The position numbers and the translations under genes are program-made. This document shows, one piece after another, positions 35,775 to 44,880 of a DNA stretch of 48,684 nt. Under the pieces are notes generated by a model, which saw only the letters and a list, made by a program, of their open reading frames with translations, did not search any database and had not been told where the DNA came from. The stretch comes from a virus. Its lineage: Duplodnaviria; Heunggongvirae; Uroviricota; Caudoviricetes. The DNA is taken from the IMG/VR virus record IMGVR_UViG_2923302340_000001; one strand, 5' to 3'. The stretch's first letter is position 1. Every line of letters starts with the position of its first letter.

Positions 35775-35959
35775 GATCATCAAGATACGCGCAGATCTTT
35801 AACCAATGTGATGTTGTTCTGATAAAAATCGTTATAAATCATGCAAATACATCCGATCTTTTAACCAAAACACCATCGCAAGATCCTTTTTACTTATAAA
35901 AACTTAATAAAATCAGATAATTATGCTGGTTTGTGTGATTTTTTATGAGTAAAAAGATC
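35775..35959. repeat. GATC-dense AT-rich region with repeated GATCTTT(T)AACC
   Basis: 5 GATC in 185 bp (35775, 35794, 35855, 35882, 35956); GATCTTTAACC at 35794 and GATCTTTTAACC at 35855. Confidence 0.5.
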
Positions 35960-36030
35960 GTCATTTTTCTCTTTTAGTATCAATAAGTTAAACAGTTTTC
36001 TTTAACCTGTTGTGTTATGGCGGTTAAAAA

Positions 36031-36621
36031 ATGGCTCTAAAAATCGAATATTTACCAGTCGGTAAGCTGCTCAGATATGCCAAAAATTCACGGACTCATT
36101 CAGATGAGCAAGTTGAACAGTTGGTGAACAGTATCCGTGAGTTCGGTTTCACTAATCCTGTGCTGATCGATGAAAAGAATGAACTGATTGCGGGGCATGG
36201 TCGGCTTGCAGCAGCCGAAATTCTGGAAATGGATAAAGTTCCGGCGATTCGGTTGAGTAACCTTTCTGAAAAACAGAAGAAGGCTTACAGGATTGCAGAT
36301 AACAAGCTGGCCTTAAATGCTGGTTGGGATATGCAGCTTCTGGCCGAAGAAGTCAAAGAGTTAATGGATGATGATTTTGATATTGATCTGCTTGGGTTTA
36401 ATGATGCAGAGCTTGACGAAATGTTAAGCGATGAACAGCCGCAGGAAGAAGACGATAATTCTTCCCCTGTTGTTCAAATTAAGTACCTGGCTATTGATAA
36501 AGAACGTATTCCCGCGACGGATATGGAAATTGCATTGTTGCTGGATGTTTATCGTCAGTACCACGACGCGCATGAAACGCATGAGGGATTTGTTCAGTAT
36601 CTTGCTAATGGTTGCAAGTAA
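36031..36621 (+). CDS. ParB-like nuclease-domain protein (paralogue)
   Basis: ...VLIDEKNELIAGHGRLAAA...; overlaps start of terminase small subunit. Confidence 0.55.
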   Translation: MALKIEYLPVGKLLRYAKNSRTHSDEQVEQLVNSIREFGFTNPVLIDEKNELIAGHGRLAAAEILEMDKVPAIRLSNLSEKQKKAYRIADNKLALNAGWDMQLLAEEVKELMDDDFDIDLLGFNDAELDEMLSDEQPQEEDDNSSPVVQIKYLAIDKERIPATDMEIALLLDVYRQYHDAHETHEGFVQYLANGCK

Positions 36622-37172
36622 TGGCCATCGTCAGTAAGTCAGAGTTTGCCCGCCGGAAAGGTATTTCTCCGGCAATGGTTACGAAGCTCTGTCGTTCCGG
36701 TCGCATTCCAGTGCTGAAAAGCGGCAAGCTGGATTTTGATAAAGCCAGTGCGGCTTATGAAGCGAGCCGACAGGTTGGTCGTGAGGTATCTGCTGAAAAT
36801 GGAAAAAGAGGGCATGGGATATCTTCGGAACAACCAGAGTTACCCGCTGATGATGCCGGATTAGCTGGTGGTACTTCCGGTGTTGCGGTGCAATTCAACA
36901 AGGCTAAGACCGCAGAAAAAATTTATCAGGCAAAGCTGAAACGCCTTGAATTTGAAGAAAAGGAAGGCTCTCTCATCGCTAAAGATGCGGTCAGGGATGA
37001 TGCATTTCTGGCAGCTAATGAATTGCGTAGCCGCTTATTTAGTATTGCTCCAAGAGCAGCTCCCCGTTGTGAAGGCAAAACAGCCAGGGAGATCGAACGC
37101 ATTATTGAAGACGAGATTAATTTTGCGCTTCAGGCGCTCCAGGAATCCCGATTTATTAAGCAGGAAGAATAA
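36612..37172 (+). CDS. terminase small subunit (Nu1-like)
   Basis: 186 aa; N-terminal HTH-like segment; immediately upstream of large subunit. Confidence 0.5.
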   Translation: MQVMAIVSKSEFARRKGISPAMVTKLCRSGRIPVLKSGKLDFDKASAAYEASRQVGREVSAENGKRGHGISSEQPELPADDAGLAGGTSGVAVQFNKAKTAEKIYQAKLKRLEFEEKEGSLIAKDAVRDDAFLAANELRSRLFSIAPRAAPRCEGKTAREIERIIEDEINFALQALQESRFIKQEE

Positions 37173-37177
37173 ACCTC

Positions 37178-39034
37178 ATGGGCGAAACAGTATGGAGCAC
37201 CGCTTTTTTCCGTGCGCTTCGCCCTAAATCACGGCTAACTGTTTCCGAATGGGCTGATAAGTATCGTCATGTAGCGCCGGGAACGTCTCCAGAGCCAGGG
37301 CCGTGGCGTACAAGCCGAGTGCCATATTTGCGTGAACCAATGGATGTTATTGGTGACGCTGATACAGAAACAGTAGTGATGCAATGTAGCTCGCAAATTG
37401 GTAAATCCGAATTACAGCTAAATGTTATGGGTTACTTTGCAGATCAGGAGCCATCTCCTCAGTTGATGATTTATCCAACGGTAGAGGCGGCTGAGGCTTT
37501 TTCAAAGGAGCGTATTGATCCGACGTTCAAATATTCCCCTGGTTTAAAACACAAGCTGCATGAAGGGAAAGAGGGGCGCGGTGCAGCCAAAAAGTCCAGC
37601 ACGACTATACGTATGAAGCATTACGCTGGTGGATATATAGCACTTGTTGGTGCTAATTCCCCAGCAGGTCTTGCATCCAGGCCAATTCGAATACTGTTAG
37701 CTGATGAGATTGATCGTTACGGTGTGACGCAGGAGGGCGACCCACTAAAACTAGGTATTCAGCGTACTACCAACTTTCATAATCGTAAGAAAGTTTTTGT
37801 TTCTACTCCTGTTTTGGAGGAAACGAGCAAAATCCACAAGTGGTTTAAGCTCTCCGATCAGCGTTACTACCATGTTCCTTGCCCATGTTGTGGCACCATG
37901 CAGGTGATGAAATGGTCGCAAGTCAGATGGGATAAGAGCGATTCAGGTGAGGCGTTACCGGAAACGGCCAGATATGAGTGCTGTGAGTGCGGCGGGATTA
38001 TGCGCGGATCTGGTAAACCAGACGTTGATTGGTTGGCGAAGGGGGTATGGATAGCTGAACATACTGGAGTTAAAGGTATTGTTGGTTTTCATATTAACAG
38101 TCTTTACTCCCCGTGGGTTGCATTGTCAGAGCTGGTTGAAGAATTTACGGAAGCAACCAGAAACCGCGATAAAAATGGATTAATGGAGTTTATTAACCTT
38201 AAGCTGGGTGAGCCATGGAAAGAGGATGCTAAAGACGATATCGATCCTGAATACTTGTTGCAACGCAGAATAAGGTTTGAAGAGTTTTTACCAGATGATG
38301 TTTTATTGTTAAGTGCTGGTGTTGACGTACAGGACACGTATTTAGTTTGTGAATTGGTCGGTTGGGGAAAAGGTAAGGAGTCATGGGGGATAGAATATAA
38401 AATATTCCCAGGTGATCCCGCACAAGATGTTGTCTGGAAACAACTTGATGAATACTTACTCCGTAGCTGGTCATTCCGTGACGGTCGAAAATTACAGATT
38501 TCTTCCGTTTGTATTGACTCTGGTGGGCATTTTACGACAGAGGTATATCGCTTTACTAAGCCGAGAGAATCAAGGCGAATATACTCTATCAGGGGGCGTG
38601 GTGGGGTAGGTTTACCATTTATAGGAAAGCCAAGTAATAATAACCGTGTGGGTGCTATGTTGTTTAATTTGGGGGTTGATGATGGTAAAGGGACCATCAT
38701 GGCAAGAATTAAACTACATGATCCTGGTCCTGGTTATATGCATTTCCCATTAGATTCTGACAGAGGATATGATACCGAATACTTTAAAGGATTATTATCA
38801 GAGAAGAAAATATTTGAATATAAAAATGGGCAGACAAAAGAAAAGTGGGTGAAAGTCTACGAGCGTAACGAGCCTCTTGATTGCCGTAACTATGCAACTG
38901 CCGCGATGGAAATTCTGAACCCTAATTTTAACTGGCTTGCCGAACAGGAAATGCGAGGTAATGTGTATGTGCAGAACTCGTCAGGTATACGTAGAAGACG
39001 CCGTAGAGTTATAAGTAAAGGCGTAAACATATAG
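37178..39034 (+). CDS. terminase large subunit (lambda gpA-like)
   Basis: 618 aa; ...LTVSEWADKYRHVAPG... and overall architecture of gpA family. Confidence 0.85.
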   Translation: MGETVWSTAFFRALRPKSRLTVSEWADKYRHVAPGTSPEPGPWRTSRVPYLREPMDVIGDADTETVVMQCSSQIGKSELQLNVMGYFADQEPSPQLMIYPTVEAAEAFSKERIDPTFKYSPGLKHKLHEGKEGRGAAKKSSTTIRMKHYAGGYIALVGANSPAGLASRPIRILLADEIDRYGVTQEGDPLKLGIQRTTNFHNRKKVFVSTPVLEETSKIHKWFKLSDQRYYHVPCPCCGTMQVMKWSQVRWDKSDSGEALPETARYECCECGGIMRGSGKPDVDWLAKGVWIAEHTGVKGIVGFHINSLYSPWVALSELVEEFTEATRNRDKNGLMEFINLKLGEPWKEDAKDDIDPEYLLQRRIRFEEFLPDDVLLLSAGVDVQDTYLVCELVGWGKGKESWGIEYKIFPGDPAQDVVWKQLDEYLLRSWSFRDGRKLQISSVCIDSGGHFTTEVYRFTKPRESRRIYSIRGRGGVGLPFIGKPSNNNRVGAMLFNLGVDDGKGTIMARIKLHDPGPGYMHFPLDSDRGYDTEYFKGLLSEKKIFEYKNGQTKEKWVKVYERNEPLDCRNYATAAMEILNPNFNWLAEQEMRGNVYVQNSSGIRRRRRRVISKGVNI

Positions 39035-39045
39035 AGGAAATATAA

Positions 39046-39285
39046 ATGAACAATGAAGCATTTTCTCTGACTGAAGCCAGAGAGATGTTATCTGTCTGGC
39101 GGGAAGCATATCGCGCTATTGCTATTGGCGGTCAGTCATATAAATTTGGTACGCGGCAGTTAACTCGTGCGGATTTATCAGAAGTCAGAAAAGAGATGGA
39201 TTACTGGCGTAATGAAGTAGAAAGATTATCAGCAGGTATACGCCGAGGCCCACGAATTAAACGAGTGGTGATAAGAGATTTATGA
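39046..39285 (+). CDS. head-tail joining protein (gpW-like)
   Basis: 79 aa between terminase and portal; ...RRGPR... C-terminus. Confidence 0.45.
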   Translation: MNNEAFSLTEAREMLSVWREAYRAIAIGGQSYKFGTRQLTRADLSEVRKEMDYWRNEVERLSAGIRRGPRIKRVVIRDL

Positions 39286-40856
39286 ATATTCTTGATCGAG
39301 TTATTGCGCCGTTTTCACCTCAGAGGGCATTAAATCGAGCTTTGGCAAGAAAACGGTTAGAAGCACTTGAAGGTATTAATAACCTTGGATATTCACGTCA
39401 TGGTGCAAGCACTCATAAAAAATCATTAAGGGGTTGGTTTAGTAAAGCTGGTTCTCCTGATGATGATATTGTTAAAAATATAGATAAATTGCGTGAGCGT
39501 TCTCGTGATCTCTTCATGGGAAACCCGCTATCGGTTGGCGCAATAAAAACTATCAGGACAAACGTTGTTGGTTCCGGTTTAAAACTAAATGCGAACATTG
39601 ATGCCGATTTCTTGGGGATGACGCAGGAAGAAGCGCGAGCATGGGAAAAACATGTTGAGCGTGAGTTTAGATTATGGGCTGATTCTCCAAATTGTGATGC
39701 ATCAAGAATGTGTACTTTTGGACAATTGCAATCATTGGTTCAAATATCTGCGTTAACATCTGGCGATATATTTGCTGCGCTACCAGTTATTAAGCGTAAG
39801 GGTGTTATATATGATTTGTGCGTCTATTTAATTGAAGGTGATCGTGTTTGCAATCCAGAGGATCGTTTTATACCAAATCTTTACGGTGGCGTAGAGGTTG
39901 GTGAATTTAGCGAGCCTGTGGCGTACTGGGTTGCAAAACATCACCCAGCCGGGACTTCTGGTTTTGTAACCCGCAAGTGGGAACGTATTCCCGCATATGG
40001 GAGTAAAACAGGAAGAAGAAATATTCTGCATGTCATGCAGGATTTTGAAAGGCCTGGGCAACGCCGTGGCGTTCCTGTCCTTGCTCCTGTAATTGAAGCA
40101 TTGAAGCAGTTAGGACGATACACCGATGCTGAATTGGTTGCTGCGGTTGTGTCAGGGATGTTTACTGTCTTTATTAAAACAGACGCTCCTGATGGGCCAG
40201 TCGGTGAATCGGGTATCCCTCAGTACGAGCAGATCGATAACCATGATGATAACACCCAAGAAATGGGGAATGGCTCCATAGTAAGTTTGGGTGAAGGTGA
40301 GTCGATAGATACAGCAAATCCCGGGCGACCAAATACGGCATTTGATGGTTTTGTTGTCGCCATATGCCGTCAAATTGGGGCTGCTTTAGAACTCCCTTAC
40401 GAACTCTTGGTAAAGCATTTTACAGCAAGTTATAGCGCAAGCAGGGCCGCATTACTTGAAGCCTGGAAAATGTTCCGTATGCGACGTGACTGGATGGTTC
40501 AGTCATTTTGCCAACCGATCTATGAGGAATGGTTGGCCGAAGCCGTTGCTAAAGGTCGTGTTATTGCCCCTGGTTTTTTTTATGGGCCTGAATATCGCGC
40601 TGCATGGAGTGGCGCTCAATGGTATGGCCCATCACAAGGCCAATTAGATCCCCTTAAAGAAGTCAAAGCTGCAAAACTGCGTGTTGAGGAAACATTCTCT
40701 ACCCGTGAAAAGGAAGCGGCTGAAATGTCAGGTCTTAACTGGGAAGAAACCGCACAAATCTGTGGCAGAGAAGAGAATGCTCGCCGTGAGTTGGGGCTTA
40801 TTACACCTCCTGTTTCTGAGGTAAATGAACAAAATATGGAGACTGATGATGCCTAA
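39282..40856 (+). CDS. portal protein (lambda gpB family)
   Basis: 524 aa; conserved position; ...YSASRAALLEAWKMF... resembles lambda-type portals. Confidence 0.8.
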   Translation: MNILDRVIAPFSPQRALNRALARKRLEALEGINNLGYSRHGASTHKKSLRGWFSKAGSPDDDIVKNIDKLRERSRDLFMGNPLSVGAIKTIRTNVVGSGLKLNANIDADFLGMTQEEARAWEKHVEREFRLWADSPNCDASRMCTFGQLQSLVQISALTSGDIFAALPVIKRKGVIYDLCVYLIEGDRVCNPEDRFIPNLYGGVEVGEFSEPVAYWVAKHHPAGTSGFVTRKWERIPAYGSKTGRRNILHVMQDFERPGQRRGVPVLAPVIEALKQLGRYTDAELVAAVVSGMFTVFIKTDAPDGPVGESGIPQYEQIDNHDDNTQEMGNGSIVSLGEGESIDTANPGRPNTAFDGFVVAICRQIGAALELPYELLVKHFTASYSASRAALLEAWKMFRMRRDWMVQSFCQPIYEEWLAEAVAKGRVIAPGFFYGPEYRAAWSGAQWYGPSQGQLDPLKEVKAAKLRVEETFSTREKEAAEMSGLNWEETAQICGREENARRELGLITPPVSEVNEQNMETDDA

Positions 40857-41913
40857 TTGGTGGGAAATAAAAAATAGCACGGGTGAAGATGACTCTCCGG
40901 CTGAACTTTTAATTTACGGGTATATTGGTGAATTTGATGAGGTTTCTTCTTCTGACATAGTTAATAAATTAAAGGATATTTCATCAAATACTATCAGCAT
41001 AAAAATTAATAGTTATGGTGGTTCTGTTTTTACTGCTCAAGCTATTCTTTCATCATTAAAGCGTCATAAGGCTAATATTACTGTTTATATTGATGGTATT
41101 GCTGCATCGGCTGCAACCATTATTGCAATGGCAGGTGATAAAGTTGTTATCCCATCTAATGCTATGATGATGATCCATAATCCGTGGACATTTGCTGCTG
41201 GTGATGCGGATGAACTACGTGATATTGCTGAGATGATGGATAAGGTACGAGATAGTATTTTATCTGCATATAAGGAGAAAACAGGGCTTTCTGAGGATAA
41301 ATTAATTGAACTAATGGATCAGGAAACATGGCTAAATGCAGAAGAGGCTGTAGAGCTTGGATTTGCTGACGAAGTTGAAAAACCAATGCGCTTATCCGCT
41401 TCTATAAAGGAAGGGATGCTTTCGCTCAATGGAATAACTTTTGAAGCATCAAGGTTTTCAAAATTACCTGATTTGCTCGCAAAGTTGCCACAAAATAAAA
41501 ATGAATTATCTACTGAATTAAATGAACAAAATGAGGACGATGTTGTGACTCTTGATGAATTAAAAAATAAACATCCAGAATTATACAATCAGGTTTTTAA
41601 TGCTGGTAAAGACGAGGGGGTTAAATCAGAACGCGAGCGCATTGAAACAATCGAGAATAGCGTAATTCCAGGTCATGACGACCTGGTTAAGAATGCAAAA
41701 TTCAAAACGGGAATTTCTGCGGCTGAACTTGCTTTGGAAATTATGAATGCAGAGCGAGCGCGTAACAAAAACTTTCTTAATCAACGGCAAGAAGACGCAA
41801 ATGAGGTGAATAATTCAGTTGATGTTAATCAACCAGAAAACAACGGCGATAAACAAGCTGAAGTAGTAAAAAATGTTATTGGGTCAGTATTTAAAAATCG
41901 CGATAAAAATTAA
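40825..41913 (+). CDS. head maturation protease (ClpP/S49-like) with scaffold-like C-terminal part
   Basis: ...INSYGGSVFTAQAI...IDGIAASAATIIAMAGDKVV... Confidence 0.7.
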   Translation: MNKIWRLMMPNWWEIKNSTGEDDSPAELLIYGYIGEFDEVSSSDIVNKLKDISSNTISIKINSYGGSVFTAQAILSSLKRHKANITVYIDGIAASAATIIAMAGDKVVIPSNAMMMIHNPWTFAAGDADELRDIAEMMDKVRDSILSAYKEKTGLSEDKLIELMDQETWLNAEEAVELGFADEVEKPMRLSASIKEGMLSLNGITFEASRFSKLPDLLAKLPQNKNELSTELNEQNEDDVVTLDELKNKHPELYNQVFNAGKDEGVKSERERIETIENSVIPGHDDLVKNAKFKTGISAAELALEIMNAERARNKNFLNQRQEDANEVNNSVDVNQPENNGDKQAEVVKNVIGSVFKNRDKN

Positions 41914-41922
41914 GGTGAGTTT

Positions 41923-42306
41923 ATGCGAGAGTCTTTTTCATTTGAACCAGATAATCTGATTATTTCTGGTGGTATGCCAGCAATTACAACAAGTATTAAA
42001 CTTGCCAGCGGTAAAGTAAATCGAGGTGAGTTGCTTGCTTTTGTCAGTATTGATCAGACAACAAATGTTGTCACTGTGGCACCAATAAATCTCTCTGGTG
42101 AGGGGGTGGCAAAAGAACCGTATTGTATCGCTCAACACAGTATTGATGCGACTGATTCAGCGCAAGTTGGAACAGCATGGCTGACCGGAATGTTCAATGC
42201 ACACGCAGTTATCCTTCCTGAATCAGCAAAGATTGCCGATGTATATCTGGCTTGTCGGAAGGTTGGGATATTCCTTAATACCGCACAACAAAATCCATCT
42301 GCATAA
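41923..42306 (+). CDS. head decoration protein (gpD-like), tentative
   Basis: 127 aa between protease and major capsid genes. Confidence 0.35.
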   Translation: MRESFSFEPDNLIISGGMPAITTSIKLASGKVNRGELLAFVSIDQTTNVVTVAPINLSGEGVAKEPYCIAQHSIDATDSAQVGTAWLTGMFNAHAVILPESAKIADVYLACRKVGIFLNTAQQNPSA

Positions 42307-42326
42307 TATAAAGAGGTCGTATTTTT

Positions 42327-43370
42327 ATGCCGAATATTGATATTTTTGAACGACGTACAATGCTTGAGCCTGTTATTCAGAATTTCAAGGCTCGTCGTTT
42401 TCTTCTTCGTACCTTTTTTCCTGGTGTTCAGACCTTTAATACAAAGAAAGTTGATCTGGATTTTGTTCGCGGTGGCCGTACTATGGCTCCGTTTGTTGGT
42501 AAAGGTTTTGGCTCAAAAACCGTTGAGCGACGCGGCTTTGTAACGAGAACTCTGGAGCCACCACTTGTTGCACCTGATTTGGTAACAACAGCCGAGCTGC
42601 TTTTAAACAGGCTTCCGGGTGAGAATATTTACAACGCAAAATCGCCAGCAGAACGAGCCGCCGAGCAATTAGGTAAAGATTTGCTTGAGCTTGATGAAAT
42701 GGTTAACCGCCGTGAAGAATGGATGTGTGCACAAGTCTTGTTTACGGGGCAGGTTGATATTGTTGGTGAAGGAGTGGATGACACAGTTTATTTTTGGCCT
42801 GAAGAGGAAGGAGATAAACCATATCTTGAACTGACAGGTGATGATTTATGGAGTGCAGCAAACTCAGATCCGTTAGTAAATGTTCGCAACTGGAAACGTC
42901 GGGTATCACTAACTTCAGGTTTTACACCTCGTGTTGCCGTAATGGGCGCAAAAGTTGTTGATGCTTTCGTTAAAAATGAAGCAGTAACTAAATATCTTGA
43001 TAATCGCCGAAAAGAGCTTGGGTATATTGAGCCTAAGGAGTTAGAAGAAGGCGTAACTCATTATGGCAATCTTGAAGGTGTCGATTTTTATGGTTACGAC
43101 GAACTTATTCGCAATGATAAAACAGGAAAACCAGAACCATTAGTACCGGAAGATAAGATCCTCTTTGGCTCTCCTGGTCGAGGAACGATGCTGTATGGTG
43201 CTGTAGAGCTTGTAGATGACGCCGAAAAGACTCTAACGATTGTTGAGTCACCACGAGTTCCAGACACCTGGGTAACTCGTAAGCCGGCTGGCCGTTATGT
43301 TGCCATGAAGTCATCTCCACTGCCTAATCCTGGTGTGGCTGATGCCTATCTGGTGGCTAAGGTGGTTTAA
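42327..43370 (+). CDS. major capsid protein (lambda gpE-like)
   Basis: 347 aa; N-terminal ...RRFLLRTFFPG..., ...RTLEPP... resemble gpE family. Confidence 0.8.
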   Translation: MPNIDIFERRTMLEPVIQNFKARRFLLRTFFPGVQTFNTKKVDLDFVRGGRTMAPFVGKGFGSKTVERRGFVTRTLEPPLVAPDLVTTAELLLNRLPGENIYNAKSPAERAAEQLGKDLLELDEMVNRREEWMCAQVLFTGQVDIVGEGVDDTVYFWPEEEGDKPYLELTGDDLWSAANSDPLVNVRNWKRRVSLTSGFTPRVAVMGAKVVDAFVKNEAVTKYLDNRRKELGYIEPKELEEGVTHYGNLEGVDFYGYDELIRNDKTGKPEPLVPEDKILFGSPGRGTMLYGAVELVDDAEKTLTIVESPRVPDTWVTRKPAGRYVAMKSSPLPNPGVADAYLVAKVV

Positions 43371-43763
43371 ATGGCCAGACTGATTAAAAACATTGATACG
43401 ATAAGCCACGGCTCGCTAAAAGCGGGCCGTTTGCTTAATGGGCTAATGGATAACTCCAGAATTGCCGAACTGATTGCGTCAGGACATGCTATTGCCACCG
43501 AAGAGGATGGTGATTTGGCATCGGCTGGGGGCTATGATGCTGCTAAGTTAGCTTTTGAGCATGGATACGCATCTGCTGTTAATGATGCTGTGGACGCGGG
43601 GTTGATTACGCGAACGGAGGCGGGTAGCTGTGTATTCGAGGTTGAGTTTGAGGATGATGGCGGCAATGAGGAAACGGTTGCTGATGATTCATCTGAATCT
43701 GTAGCTACTTCTGATACCAGTAATGCGAAAAAATCAACGCAAAAAAAAGGTAATAAGAAGTAA
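43371..43763 (+). CDS. hypothetical protein with acidic C-terminus
   Basis: 130 aa; directly after capsid gene. Confidence 0.25.
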   Translation: MARLIKNIDTISHGSLKAGRLLNGLMDNSRIAELIASGHAIATEEDGDLASAGGYDAAKLAFEHGYASAVNDAVDAGLITRTEAGSCVFEVEFEDDGGNEETVADDSSESVATSDTSNAKKSTQKKGNKK

Positions 43764-44107
43764 TGAACTCCTTCAAAGAGGTTATAGCGCAAGATATTTC
43801 TGCAATATTCCTCAATGAAAAAGAGTTTGCCGATACATATAACATAGACGGCAAGGATATCCTTGCCGTTATTGATACAGACCTTATTCATGAGCGGAAT
43901 AAACGCTCATATGCTGAGTTTGCAGAGGGAATAAATCAGGGGCAAATAATATTATTTGTTTCAAGAAAAGATTTTCCTGTTCTCCCTGTCAAAGACCAGT
44001 CAATGAAAATTAACGGTAAAAATTATATTGTTAATGAAGTATCAGATAATGTTGGTGTATTGGAAATAACTCTCACTGTTAATACTAACAGAGGAATGCC
44101 GATTTGA
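43763..44107 (+). CDS. hypothetical head-tail connector/completion protein
   Basis: 114 aa; position between head and sheath genes. Confidence 0.3.
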   Translation: MNSFKEVIAQDISAIFLNEKEFADTYNIDGKDILAVIDTDLIHERNKRSYAEFAEGINQGQIILFVSRKDFPVLPVKDQSMKINGKNYIVNEVSDNVGVLEITLTVNTNRGMPI

Positions 44108-44589
44108 TTAATCTTTTGATAGATGCAATAAAAAATCGGTTGGAACATGAGGTTTTCCATGATTTATTAGTGCAGGGACCTCCTTATGATGAAACAGACA
44201 GCGATATTAAATTGTTTGTTCCAACAATATTTAAAGGGTACTTGCCTCCTAAATCACAACCATCTCCAGATAAACCGCCAGAATTTCCTCATGTGATTAT
44301 CAGGCCCACGGAAGGAGGAATGCAGCCTGAAACGAATGAAGTTAAGGTTAAGTTTCTTCTAGGTGGTTTTTGTGAGGACCATACTGGATATGAATGGGTA
44401 ATGGCTCTTCTTGAAAGGATGATGTTTCATTTTCAGGAGAAGCCTTTACTTGAAGAGAAATTTCTCTTTCAGGGCGATATCAGATGGCGAATGTTTGATG
44501 ATCAACCGTATCCATATTGGATAACGGAAGCAACTGGAACGTGGATAGTATTAAAGCCTCAGAATATTCAGTCTCAGGAGTTTATCTAA
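44104..44589 (+). CDS. hypothetical tail completion/neck protein
   Basis: 161 aa; position only. Confidence 0.3.
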   Translation: MINLLIDAIKNRLEHEVFHDLLVQGPPYDETDSDIKLFVPTIFKGYLPPKSQPSPDKPPEFPHVIIRPTEGGMQPETNEVKVKFLLGGFCEDHTGYEWVMALLERMMFHFQEKPLLEEKFLFQGDIRWRMFDDQPYPYWITEATGTWIVLKPQNIQSQEFI

Positions 44590-44880
44590 ATGGCTAATAA
44601 GAAAAGTAGTAAAGAAGATATAGAAAAGAAGGAAGATGTTGCTCAAACATTTGTATATATAGGACCAACAATCCCTCAACTCTCAATTTTGAAGCGTAAA
44701 CTATTTAAGAATGGCTTATCTCCAGAGTGTAAAAAATTAATATCACATATTCCTGGTGCAAAGTGTTTGTTTGTGGCAACCAGTGATTTTGCAGATGCAG
44801 AGAAAAGACTTTCTGATAAAACCAGTGTCGAGTATGTAATGTACTCTAGAGTTTCTTCTTCTATCATGGAGATTAAATAA
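44590..44880 (+). CDS. hypothetical protein
   Basis: 96 aa; position only. Confidence 0.25.
   Translation: MANKKSSKEDIEKKEDVAQTFVYIGPTIPQLSILKRKLFKNGLSPECKKLISHIPGAKCLFVATSDFADAEKRLSDKTSVEYVMYSRVSSSIMEIK

Noticed and set aside
38104-38700. 198-aa minus-strand ORF
   Set aside because: Lies entirely antisense within the terminase large-subunit gene; low-complexity translation; typical shadow ORF.
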